Below, piece after piece: positions 1-8,960 of a stretch of DNA of 47,085 bases. Made by a program: the position numbers and the translations under genes. The stretch is from a virus (lineage: Duplodnaviria; Caudoviricetes): positions 1 through 47,085 of the IMG/VR virus record IMGVR_UViG_3300043633_000046. One strand, 5' to 3'. A model generated the notes under the pieces. That model did not search any database. It saw only the letters and a program-made list of their open reading frames with translations, and had not been told where the DNA came from. Positions within the stretch are counted from its first letter, which is position 1. Every line of letters starts with the position of its first letter.

Positions 1-127
1 GGCGTCGTCGGCTGGGTTCCATTTCGACAGTTCGGGCGGACTCCTCATTGGCGGCTCGATTACCGCGAGTGGTTCGACCGGACCGCTGACGATCAGCCAG
101 TTGCTCGATTCGTCTGGTGGATCGGTG
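1..127. repeat. Terminal direct repeat (copy 1), circular assembly overlap
   Basis: Identical to 46959-47085; the ORF starting at 46390 reads through the junction in frame. Confidence 0.95.
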
Positions 128-751
128 ACCGCCGCGGACTCCGCGAATAACGCCTTTCGCGTCAATATCGTGGCCGGAACGGTCGGGTTTAACCTCGGCA
201 CCCTCCAGTCCTCAGCGGTCGCCTCCGCGCAGTCCAGTGCGTTACTTGTTCGCATCGTCGGCGGGCCGTCCTCGGCCGTGGATTGCACGATCCGATCACT
301 TCTGAGCTCGACGTCAGCAGATAACCCAGTTCTTGCCACGATTGGGACGAACCTCCAGAGCTCGGCAGCGCCGTCCTCGAACTCCAGCGGCCTGATTGTG
401 CGAACGGTCGTGGATAACATCCTGACCGTCGCCAGCACGAACGCCTTCGCATCTACCTCGCTGTCGATTCAGTCGTCAGCCGCAGGACTGCGCTCGTATG
501 TGACCGCCTACAGCATCCTGAGCACCTCCGCGGGGCCGTCTAAGGTCAAGTTCTATTCTGGGTCCACGATGCTCTGGCCGATGATCTTCGCGGCGATCTC
601 GAGCGCAGTGAGTGGAGCGAATCTCGCCGTCAGTCCACCGGGCTATATCTTCCGCACGAAGTCCGCGGGACCGCTGACGCTGCAATTGGGCGGAGGCGCC
701 TCCACGATTGTGGGTTGGCAGGTGGCCGTGAGCTATTTCCGGGCGCCGTAA
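1..751 (+). CDS. C-terminal part of a Ser/Thr-rich virion fibre/whisker-like protein (true start 46390, ~439 aa after circularisation)
   Basis: Continuous frame across the 127-bp overlap; repeated QSSA/GSTW units; located between capsid and tail genes. Confidence 0.7.
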   Translation, partial: ASSAGFHFDSSGGLLIGGSITASGSTGPLTISQLLDSSGGSVTAADSANNAFRVNIVAGTVGFNLGTLQSSAVASAQSSALLVRIVGGPSSAVDCTIRSLLSSTSADNPVLATIGTNLQSSAAPSSNSSGLIVRTVVDNILTVASTNAFASTSLSIQSSAAGLRSYVTAYSILSTSAGPSKVKFYSGSTMLWPMIFAAISSAVSGANLAVSPPGYIFRTKSAGPLTLQLGGGASTIVGWQVAVSYFRAP

Positions 752-1413
752 TGGGATCGATGCTCGCGCAACGGTCCTCGTATCAGATTTCGTCCTTCAC
801 CGGATCAGAGAATCCGATCTCGGCTGGCGGAGTGTTCTTTAATGGCCTGACGACGGGTCTCGACTGGAACGATCTGCGCGTCACGAGTGGCCTCTGCTAT
901 GGCACGCAAGACGGTTCCTTTGACGGGACCAACTTTCGCGATTCGCTCGCGATTCTGAACGGCATCTGGAAGCAGACACAGACGGTGCAAGCGACGGTCA
1001 AGACGGTCAACCAGAACGCGACAGCCTTCTGTGAAGTGGAGCTCTGGACTGCCGCCTCCTGCACCGCTCACAGCACCTATGGGTATGAGTGCGCGTTCCG
1101 CTGCCATGCGAGCTCGAATCCTTATATCGGGATCGTGCGTTGGAACGGCGCGTTGAATGACTTCACGCCACTGACCGGCGGGAACATCTCCGGCCCCGGA
1201 CTCCATGACGGCGACACGATCAAGGTGGTTCGCACGGGCTTCACGATTGACGCCTATATCAACGGCGTCTTGATCGGTTCGCGCACCGATGATCTCGGCC
1301 GAGGGGCACTGTTTGGCGCACCAGGCATCGGTCACTGGTGGCATAACAACGGGGCTGTTGGCGTCAATGCCACGGATTACGGCTTCACCAGCCTGACGGT
1401 GACGGCAACCTAA
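751..1413 (+). CDS. Virion-associated beta-sandwich (ConA/lectin-like) protein
   Basis: TAATG coupling at 749-753; GDTIKVVRTG..IDAYINGV..G.PGI pattern shared with the next gene. Confidence 0.55.
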   Translation: MGSMLAQRSSYQISSFTGSENPISAGGVFFNGLTTGLDWNDLRVTSGLCYGTQDGSFDGTNFRDSLAILNGIWKQTQTVQATVKTVNQNATAFCEVELWTAASCTAHSTYGYECAFRCHASSNPYIGIVRWNGALNDFTPLTGGNISGPGLHDGDTIKVVRTGFTIDAYINGVLIGSRTDDLGRGALFGAPGIGHWWHNNGAVGVNATDYGFTSLTVTAT

Positions 1414-2057
1414 TGGCCCTCGTCTCCGATAACTTCGACCGGGCGAATAACGCGAGTCTCGGCGCGAACTGGACGCAGGACGGCGCCGGTGGCGCGACCA
1501 TCGGGATCGCCTCCAATGCCGCCACGATGACGGGGAACAGTAACTTCGTCATTGACTTCTGGAATGGATGGTCTGGTGCCGGCGGAGGTAACGATCAGTA
1601 CAGCGAGTTCAACGTTGGACTCATCCAGTCGGGGCGAGATACAGGGCCGGCGGTCAGGGCCAGTGGGTCACCGGTCACAGGGACCGGGAAAGCCTACCTG
1701 TTCGTCTTGAATGACAACGATGCGGCGCATTCAATGGGCGATGCGACATGGTCGATTGCGCTCTATAAAGTCATCAATAACGCCTTTACCCAGATTGGCT
1801 CTAGTGTCACGGGCGTGACCATCAGCGCGAATGACGTGATCCGACTGGAGGTCAGCGGGACGAATCTGACCGGCAAAATTAACGGGGTCACGAAGATTAC
1901 GGGGTCAGATAGCGCCGTCACGACTGGGGCGCCGGGGTTCTATATCGGCTCCGGCTCCACGACGTCATGGGACAACTTCGCGGCGGATAACCTCGCGGGC
2001 GGTGGCGGGGCGGCCTCCAAGAGCACGGGCACGCTCGCGCTGATGGGGGTGCAGTAA
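1413..2057 (+). CDS. Virion-associated beta-sandwich (ConA/lectin-like) protein
   Basis: SDNFDRAN..LGANWT start, NDVIRLEVSG..KINGV..DSAVTTGAPGF..WDNF; paralogue-like to 751-1413. Confidence 0.55.
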   Translation: MALVSDNFDRANNASLGANWTQDGAGGATIGIASNAATMTGNSNFVIDFWNGWSGAGGGNDQYSEFNVGLIQSGRDTGPAVRASGSPVTGTGKAYLFVLNDNDAAHSMGDATWSIALYKVINNAFTQIGSSVTGVTISANDVIRLEVSGTNLTGKINGVTKITGSDSAVTTGAPGFYIGSGSTTSWDNFAADNLAGGGGAASKSTGTLALMGVQ

Positions 2058-2833
2058 TGCAATTCTCATCGTTATATGGCGCCCGCCTCGACGAAGAACT
2101 CGGCAGCGAGGACAGAACAGTCCTGTTCACGACCGCTCGAAGGCAATCCGCCATCAATAAAGGCGTTTCGGAATTTGCGGAACTCACCGAGTGTCTCCAG
2201 CGCACGAGCACCATCGCGATTACCGGAGGGACCGGAGAATACAACCTCAACTCGACGCTGTTGATTGCTGACGGAGACTTCGTCAGGTTCGCAAAACAAC
2301 AGGTCGAGTTCCGCTATACGAATGCCTCGTCACAGGTGACCGTGCTGGCTGGTGATGATCTCCCACGGCGAGACATCGACTGGCTGAACCGCTATCAACC
2401 TGACTGGCAGACGTCCACAGTGGCGTCCTCAGTGATGCAGTTGCCGGAACTCTATTACGAGCGGTTTGACGGAGGCGCACGGTATCTCGGGTTCACCCCC
2501 GTGCCGTCCACGGGCTCGAGCGCCAGCGCCAAGGTCATCGTGCCCTATGTCGCACGGCCAGCCGTGATGACCTCTGACACGAGCGAGCCGTTTCAGATCA
2601 GTGGGGCGGTCCGGACGGACCTTCGGGAATATCACCAAGCCGCTGTGCATTATGCCGCGCATCAGCTCGAAAAACTGCGCCGCGATGATCAGGCGAGCGA
2701 TCGGCAGTTGCAGAAGTTCCTCGGCTATGTGGCGCGCTATTCCCAGAATATGCGCCGTAAGGGTGGGAATGCGTTGACGATGGCGCGGAACTATTTCAAG
2801 ACCCGCAGCCGGGTCTCGGATCCTCGGACATGA
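2057..2833 (+). CDS. Head-tail adaptor / tail tubular protein A-like
   Basis: Position upstream of the nozzle gene; AINKG..E, EYNL and YHQAAVHYAA motifs typical of podovirus adaptors. Confidence 0.65.
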   Translation: MQFSSLYGARLDEELGSEDRTVLFTTARRQSAINKGVSEFAELTECLQRTSTIAITGGTGEYNLNSTLLIADGDFVRFAKQQVEFRYTNASSQVTVLAGDDLPRRDIDWLNRYQPDWQTSTVASSVMQLPELYYERFDGGARYLGFTPVPSTGSSASAKVIVPYVARPAVMTSDTSEPFQISGAVRTDLREYHQAAVHYAAHQLEKLRRDDQASDRQLQKFLGYVARYSQNMRRKGGNALTMARNYFKTRSRVSDPRT

Positions 2834-3039
2834 GCGGGATCTGGATTCGTTTCGCGTGCGGACATGGTTTCGGGATCGATCGGAATGTGACGAGCGTCCC
2901 GATTTGTCCGACCTGCGGTGAGCGGCGCATCAGTCGCACGACAGCCCCCGCGCCGAAGTTTGTCGGATTGTGTAGTGGACCCTCGGCAGAGTCCAAGGTG
3001 TTAGAGGGGATCCCCATCGGGATTCCGAAGGAGCAGTAA
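2830..3039 (+). CDS. Small zinc-ribbon protein
   Basis: CGH...CPTCG; ATGA and TAATG coupling to neighbours. Confidence 0.55.
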   Translation: MSGIWIRFACGHGFGIDRNVTSVPICPTCGERRISRTTAPAPKFVGLCSGPSAESKVLEGIPIGIPKEQ

Positions 3040-3596
3040 TGGCGGATCCGTTTGGACTTTCCTTTTCCCCAGCCGATCAAAGCGGCCCGAATGGTCAGCC
3101 GACGAACGGCCAGCGACCGTCACCGGTCCAGCAGGCCATTCAGACGCTCAGCCTGCGGATTCCGCGTGTCGTGGGAGCGTCTGGATTGGCGCCGACGCCG
3201 CTGTTGAACAGTCAGGGCGGATCGGCCCTTGGCGGGGATCCGAATAGCGCGGCCTTGCTCGAGCAGTTGAAGCGATTGCTCTTTGGATCACCTGCGAGTT
3301 CGCCAATGTCCTCACCGTTTCCACAGGCACCGCAAGGTGATTTGGGTCAGACGCTCTCCGGCATGTTCGGGAGTCCAGGTGGCCCCGTCTCGCAGCCGCC
3401 GGATAGCGGATCTGGCGAACCGCTGCCGGGAAGCGGAACGGGTTCTCCGCTGCCGACAGGGATCCCGAATCCGAAGGTCCTTCCGGGTGGTGATGGTGTG
3501 GGTGGGCCGGATACGTCACCGATGACTCAGCCGCTGGGTCCAATGGCGCCGCCGATCATGTCGGATCGTGGTAACCGTGGAGGACGCGGGGTCTAA
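3039..3596 (+). CDS. Pro/Gly-rich hypothetical virion protein
   Basis: AAGGAG RBS, coupled ORF, low complexity. Confidence 0.55.
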   Translation: MADPFGLSFSPADQSGPNGQPTNGQRPSPVQQAIQTLSLRIPRVVGASGLAPTPLLNSQGGSALGGDPNSAALLEQLKRLLFGSPASSPMSSPFPQAPQGDLGQTLSGMFGSPGGPVSQPPDSGSGEPLPGSGTGSPLPTGIPNPKVLPGGDGVGGPDTSPMTQPLGPMAPPIMSDRGNRGGRGV

Positions 3597-5516
3597 ATGC
3601 CCGCTCAAGGCAAGACCACTCGCGGCACGCAAGCGAAGGCGTATCAACTCCTCCCGGTGGAAGACCCATCAGGAGGAGTCGATCTCCGCACGTCTCCGAC
3701 ATTGCTACCCGCGAATCGCGCACGCACCTTGGTCAACTTCTCACTAGAAGAACCAGGGGCGCTCGTGGTCCGTCCCGGCTATGCGCGGTTCTCAACGACA
3801 TCTCTTGGGACCGCCAGAGCACAGGGCGGGGCACGGATCTATCTCAATACCGCGATTCCGTCAGCCGCGTCCACGATCTTCACCCTGATTGGCTGGAATG
3901 GCTCGGTCTACAACCTCAGCGATGCCGGGGTGTGGTCAGGAGCCACGCTGACCGGCAAATCCGTCTCGAACGAGATGTATTTCCCGGCAGATCGGGATCT
4001 CGTCGCGGTCTTTGACGGGGCGACGATCCCGAACAAGTCCACCAACGGATCCTCATGGACCCGGATGGGTATTGCGCCGGGGACCAGTGCTGGCACGGTA
4101 TCGTCAGCCGCCTTCTCCAATGGGTTGAGCACGTCAGAGTTTGAACTGTCCTACACCTATAAGGATCGCGATCTCGCGGTGGAGTCGAACGGGTCCACGG
4201 CGCTGTCCACGCGCACGATTACCTCTACCGCGAACGGGCAATTGAACTATATCGTGCCGAACTCCACCGATCCCCAGGTGGACGCGATCATCGTCTACGC
4301 CCGGAACAAGACCTCCAACGAGACGATCCTCCGGAAGGTGTCGAGTCAGGCGCAGAGTGCCGGCGCCAACTCCACGATTGCGATTACCTCGTCCAACTGG
4401 ACGACGAATGATGAAATCCCGACCGATCATGATGTCCCTCCAGTCCTGTCGTTTGGGGTGATCTGGAAAAACCGGTGGTGGGCACGCAGCGCCACGCGGA
4501 CGAACCGGTTGCAGTTCACGCAGTTATTTCAACCGCAGTCATGGCCGGCACTGTTCTATATCGACATTCCCTTTGAGCGCGGGGATGCGATTCAGGCCCT
4601 TGTTCCGCTCGGTGATTCGCTCCTGATCTTCGGGAACACGAAAGTGTTCGTGGTCATTGGGCGGTCCTCGCTGGACTTCGAAGTCCGTCCAACCATCGGC
4701 AGTCTGGATGGCGCCTTTGGACCTAGAGCGGTGGCGGTGATTGAGAACGGCGTCGTCCATGCCAGTGCGTCGGGGGTCTACATCTTCGATGGCACGACAG
4801 ATAAATTGCTGTCGTTCGACATCGATCCAGCGTGGCGCGATCTGGTCTCGGCCTTAGCCGCGGATCTCGCCCGTCTGGCCGTCGTGAATCATCAATTGCG
4901 GAAGGAACTCCGAATTGCCGTTCCGAGACGGTATCCGACCGGCGTGGATGGGGAATGGGTCCTCGACCTGAACCGCACGCGAGTCAATGGGAATACGGCA
5001 TGGACGGCTACCGACCGGGCGATTGGTGGCTACATCCTATGGGATGGGCCAGAGACGTTAGCCGCGAATCGCGGCCGGTTGATGTCGTGGAACTCCACCT
5101 CGGGCATGGTCTTCGAAGAAGCCACCGGGACGTCCGCAAATAGTTCCAACCTGGCCGCGATCTACGAGGGACCGGGATTAACGCTGGGCGCCTATCGCGG
5201 ACGGTGGCCGGATGTGCGCGGGGAATATGAACCGCACGCCGGAGCCGCATCCATTGAACCGTCTATCGATGGCGTGTCGCAGGGAATCCAGTCGCTCAGT
5301 ATCGGCGCCGGACTCGCGCACTACAGCACGTCGGTCTATGGCACGGCGACGTATGGCGGGTTTGCACGACGGCAGTGGGTCAAGACCTTGCCGTTGAGTG
5401 CAGACGGTCGGACGTTTGTCCTGAGACTGACCTATGTCGGACAGGAGCAATTTCGGATGTTTAGTTATCACGTCGGCATCGTGCCAGAGACACGTAGTCG
5501 AGGGTTCAGCGAATGA
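3597..5516 (+). CDS. Tail nozzle / tubular protein B (DNA stabilisation protein)-like
   Basis: 639 aa beta-propeller-like; N-terminal GGVD..SP..LP..NF..PG.L..RPG pattern; synteny. Confidence 0.75.
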   Translation: MPAQGKTTRGTQAKAYQLLPVEDPSGGVDLRTSPTLLPANRARTLVNFSLEEPGALVVRPGYARFSTTSLGTARAQGGARIYLNTAIPSAASTIFTLIGWNGSVYNLSDAGVWSGATLTGKSVSNEMYFPADRDLVAVFDGATIPNKSTNGSSWTRMGIAPGTSAGTVSSAAFSNGLSTSEFELSYTYKDRDLAVESNGSTALSTRTITSTANGQLNYIVPNSTDPQVDAIIVYARNKTSNETILRKVSSQAQSAGANSTIAITSSNWTTNDEIPTDHDVPPVLSFGVIWKNRWWARSATRTNRLQFTQLFQPQSWPALFYIDIPFERGDAIQALVPLGDSLLIFGNTKVFVVIGRSSLDFEVRPTIGSLDGAFGPRAVAVIENGVVHASASGVYIFDGTTDKLLSFDIDPAWRDLVSALAADLARLAVVNHQLRKELRIAVPRRYPTGVDGEWVLDLNRTRVNGNTAWTATDRAIGGYILWDGPETLAANRGRLMSWNSTSGMVFEEATGTSANSSNLAAIYEGPGLTLGAYRGRWPDVRGEYEPHAGAASIEPSIDGVSQGIQSLSIGAGLAHYSTSVYGTATYGGFARRQWVKTLPLSADGRTFVLRLTYVGQEQFRMFSYHVGIVPETRSRGFSE

Positions 5517-6556
5517 GTGCGAGCTATCCCGGATCGGCAAAGACGTTCATCTCCCGTAACGCGGGAGACGTGATCCAGCCGGCGCATGTCAACGATCTCC
5601 AGGACGAAGTCAACGCCATCGAGACGGCGTTGTTGGGGACACTCGCGCACAACGTCACGATTAGCGGTCTCCTTAGCGTGACCGCTGGTGTGACCGGCTC
5701 TCAGCTCCTCACGGTCCGCAATACGTCGGCGGGCACCGGGAACACGGCCCGGATCAATCTCGGCAATGACGCCAGCGCCAACCTGTTGGACATGGTGTCG
5801 TACTCCTCAACCTACACGTCTGTCTCTGGCTATGACGCGGCGAATGGTACGGTGCTCTTTCAGGCTGGGGCGGGCGGGCTTTCGCTGAATGCCAATGCGG
5901 GGTCGCTCAGGTTCTATACCGGCACCGAGCGGATGCGGATCCATGCCTCTGGCGGCGTCTCCATCGGGAGCGCCGTCGATCCCAATATCGGCGTGCTTCG
6001 TATTTCCAACGGGACGACCTCGGGGACGATTCAGGGTGCGGACTCGGCCTATCGCCAGTTGACGGCTGATGGGCTCTACGTCTCCATCGCGAATAGTGGT
6101 GTCGAAAACCACCGCTTCCATGCTTCTGGTGGCGTGTCCATCGGAAGCACCACGGATCCGGCGGCAACAGGCGTGATCTCCTCGCTGGGTTTCCTCATGG
6201 CGACATGGGGAACAACCGCCTCTGCGGCGAACGCCAACGTCGCGAACGGCGCTGCCGTCAAGCTTAGTACGTCACTGAGAGCCAACAAGCACAGCATCGA
6301 GACGATTCCCGTGGCCGACGCCGTACAGGCGGTGCAGTACCTCCGGCCCGTGCTCTATCGCAGCGCGATTGATGAGGATCAGCGCCTCTGGCCTGGATTC
6401 ATCGCGGAAGAAGTCGAACAGGCGGCACCCCATCTCGCGATGTATGCCACCGATGGGAAGTTGCAGTCGGTCGCCTACGACCGTGTGTGTGCCTATCTCT
6501 GCGCCGTGATTCAGGATCTGTCGGCCCGCGTGCAGGCGTTGGAGGCGGCGCGGTAA
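5513..6556 (+). CDS. Tail fibre/spike with C-terminal intramolecular chaperone (peptidase S74-like)
   Basis: N-terminal HVNDLQDEVNAIE; S-L-R-x-x-K site, LRPV.Y, GFIAEEV, YD, IQDL..RV..LE; duplicated HASGGVSIGS unit. Confidence 0.85.
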   Translation: MSASYPGSAKTFISRNAGDVIQPAHVNDLQDEVNAIETALLGTLAHNVTISGLLSVTAGVTGSQLLTVRNTSAGTGNTARINLGNDASANLLDMVSYSSTYTSVSGYDAANGTVLFQAGAGGLSLNANAGSLRFYTGTERMRIHASGGVSIGSAVDPNIGVLRISNGTTSGTIQGADSAYRQLTADGLYVSIANSGVENHRFHASGGVSIGSTTDPAATGVISSLGFLMATWGTTASAANANVANGAAVKLSTSLRANKHSIETIPVADAVQAVQYLRPVLYRSAIDEDQRLWPGFIAEEVEQAAPHLAMYATDGKLQSVAYDRVCAYLCAVIQDLSARVQALEAAR

Positions 6557-6909
6557 TGGCCGTCACTGGCTATGTCAACGCAATCATCAACGGCCTCGCG
6601 GTGGAACTCCGCCAACCGTTCACGGCGATCTTTGACTATGTGATGCGGGAATACTCGCTCGGGGAAGGAATCAAGGCGGAGAACTTTAGCTGGTATCGCA
6701 TTGAAGGCACGACACATGCCACGCCGAATACTGAATTTACCGTCGCGCATGGGATGGATCATGCGCCGTCGAAACTGATCCCGATTGTGGCCCTGGACGT
6801 CGTCAACAGCGCGTTAGTGCCGTTAACGGTGTCCCGCGTCTCAGATATTCGTCGGATCTATCTCAAGAGTTCGGTCGCTAGTGCGACCTTTGCTGCGTAT
6901 TTGGAGTAG
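6556..6909 (+). CDS. Small tail-associated protein
   Basis: TAATG coupling, GGAGG RBS; FTVAHGM..P motif. Confidence 0.55.
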   Translation: MAVTGYVNAIINGLAVELRQPFTAIFDYVMREYSLGEGIKAENFSWYRIEGTTHATPNTEFTVAHGMDHAPSKLIPIVALDVVNSALVPLTVSRVSDIRRIYLKSSVASATFAAYLE

Positions 6910-6911
6910 GA

Positions 6912-7289
6912 ATGGCCCAAGAGCGGACGCAGTTATCACCAGCGGAAGAACAGGCGTTTCGTGCATGGGCGCAGGCGAATCATATCGAGAACTATGACCA
7001 TCCCGATGCTCATTACGACATGCGCGGCTTTTGGAGGCAAACACAGGGCCAGCCACATCCACCTGGATCGGAGCAGCACTTCCCAGACACGTTTAAGCAG
7101 CATGGTCATCCGACGTTTTCTGTGGAATCGCAATATTCGGCAGGGCCGTTCGACGGTGGCCGCTGGATCAATGACTCATTCGTGCCTCCGGGGGCGGATC
7201 TGATGATGAACTCTCGCGGTCAGTCGCGATTGGATCCGCAGGCACTTCGGGCGGCGGTGATGGCTCTCGTCAGCGGAATGAAACAGTAA
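6912..7289 (+). CDS. Conserved phage hypothetical protein
   Basis: TQLSP.EE..F..W, YDMRGFW, HFPDTFK..HPTFS.ES.Y..GG.W motifs; GGAG RBS. Confidence 0.6.
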   Translation: MAQERTQLSPAEEQAFRAWAQANHIENYDHPDAHYDMRGFWRQTQGQPHPPGSEQHFPDTFKQHGHPTFSVESQYSAGPFDGGRWINDSFVPPGADLMMNSRGQSRLDPQALRAAVMALVSGMKQ

Positions 7290-8164
7290 TGATGCACGAA
7301 CGAGTCGCCATTGTCGGAACCGCTCAGAGTTGGGCAAAAACCCCATGGACTGATAGCGGGCTGTATATCTGCTCATTGAATGATGCCTATCGGATGAAAG
7401 GCTTCGTCCGCGCCGATGCGTGGTACGACTTCCACCCGCTGGACAAGTTCTATCATCCGGACGGTCAGGCGGTCTATGCCCACCAAGTGCCACCGGGGCA
7501 CTACTGCCGACCGAAAGATCATCTGGAATGGCTTGGAAGTCAGCAGATTCCCGTGTGGCTGCATCCCGACTATCTGACCCAGCACGCAGAGGCGGCGAAC
7601 TGGAAGCACGCGCATCCGTTTCCGAAATCCGACGTGGAGGCGCACTTCGGCACGTATTTCACGTCGTCACCGGGTTGGATGATTGGCCATGCCCTCATGG
7701 ACGGCGTCAAAGAGCTCCACATCTACGGCATTCATCTGGCGACGGAGCATGAATACATCGAACAGCGACCGAACTTCGAAATGCTCTGCGGGGCGCTACT
7801 CGGTCGAGGTAAGCGCACGATCACGGTGAGCGATGGGATGCGGCGATATGAGACGGCGGACGGCATCCTCGTGCTCCCAGAAGCTGCGCCCGTGCTCCAG
7901 AGCTCGTTCCAGTACGCCTTCGAGTCTCGGCCCGCGAGCTATACCGAGATCCATAAGTGGGAACTGCACAAACTGGACGTGAAGCGGCAGCGAATTGTCG
8001 ATGCGCTCAAACGGAAGCCGCGTTGGTCACCGTGGGTGCAGCTTGATGAGAAGACCCAGATGACGACACGCAAAGCGCAGGACGAGCTCTATCGGCTCGA
8101 GGCGATGGCAGCAGACACCCACGACGTGTTAGCGCGGATGCAGACGGAGATGGCACATGGCTGA
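7289..8164 (+). CDS. CstII(GT42)/Maf-like putative nonulosonic-acid transferase
   Basis: VAIVGTAQS, ICSLNDAY and FTSSPGWMIGHALMDGVKELHIYGIHL resemble CstII IIAGNGPS, VFRCNQFY and ITSGVYMCAVAIALGYKEIYLSGIDF (recalled, compared by eye). Confidence 0.55.
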   Translation: MMHERVAIVGTAQSWAKTPWTDSGLYICSLNDAYRMKGFVRADAWYDFHPLDKFYHPDGQAVYAHQVPPGHYCRPKDHLEWLGSQQIPVWLHPDYLTQHAEAANWKHAHPFPKSDVEAHFGTYFTSSPGWMIGHALMDGVKELHIYGIHLATEHEYIEQRPNFEMLCGALLGRGKRTITVSDGMRRYETADGILVLPEAAPVLQSSFQYAFESRPASYTEIHKWELHKLDVKRQRIVDALKRKPRWSPWVQLDEKTQMTTRKAQDELYRLEAMAADTHDVLARMQTEMAHG

Positions 8165-8960
8165 CCCCGCAGTGGGCTATGACGGGAACCCGCTCGGTCC
8201 GACCAATGGCGGATCGGCAACCACGAATAGCAACGACTTCGCACAGCAGCTCGCGAAAGCCTTCGCGCTATTGGCTGGTGGCGTCGGTGGCCGAGCCATC
8301 GCGAACAGTCAGGGCAATCCGTTGACGTCGGCGGTCCCGCCGGAACTCTCGCAACTGTTGCAGATGTCCAACCAGCGATACGCCTATCAGAACCCGCTGT
8401 TTCAGGCGACAACGCAGGGGGCCTACGACATGCTCCCAGACTTTGCCAAGACGGGGACATCGCTGACGGGCTCACTGCCGAATGCGATTCCCGCGGCGAA
8501 CTCTGGGAGTGGTGGCACGAGCGGACCAGGACTCGGCACCGCGGCGGGTCTGGGTGGGCTCTCGGCGCTCTTGGCGCTCTTGGGTGGGAGCGGTGGCGGC
8601 GGCGGATCGCTCAGTAAGGTGTTTGACGAAATCAAGAAGAAGTTCCATGGCAGTCAGCCGACACCGGCTGGTGTCAACGCCACCGGTCCAGGCTTCGTGA
8701 ATGGATCTGGCGGATCGTTCGATGAGAGCGGCGACTGGGTGCCTGATCAGGGCATGCCAGATCTGACACCGGAGACGAGTGGCCGCGCCTTCGGGCCGAA
8801 CGGTGATCCGCTCCAGAGCGGACCGGATCCAATGAACGGCGACCCGAATGCCGATTTCGCAAAGTGGCTACAGGACAACGGCTTCGGTGGCTATGGATTC
8901 GGCGGCGGGAGCGGAACGAATGCCGGCAGTGGCGAACCGACGCCGTGGGAGAAACCCTAG
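8157..8960 (+). CDS. Internal virion / ejection protein
   Basis: Gly-rich with hydrophobic segments; synteny after tail genes. Confidence 0.55.
   Translation: MADPAVGYDGNPLGPTNGGSATTNSNDFAQQLAKAFALLAGGVGGRAIANSQGNPLTSAVPPELSQLLQMSNQRYAYQNPLFQATTQGAYDMLPDFAKTGTSLTGSLPNAIPAANSGSGGTSGPGLGTAAGLGGLSALLALLGGSGGGGGSLSKVFDEIKKKFHGSQPTPAGVNATGPGFVNGSGGSFDESGDWVPDQGMPDLTPETSGRAFGPNGDPLQSGPDPMNGDPNADFAKWLQDNGFGGYGFGGGSGTNAGSGEPTPWEKP

Noticed and set aside
5930-6150. Diversity-generating retroelement TR/VR pair in the tail fibre repeat
   Set aside because: Short in-frame protein repeat, differences not adenine-specific, and no reverse transcriptase in the genome.
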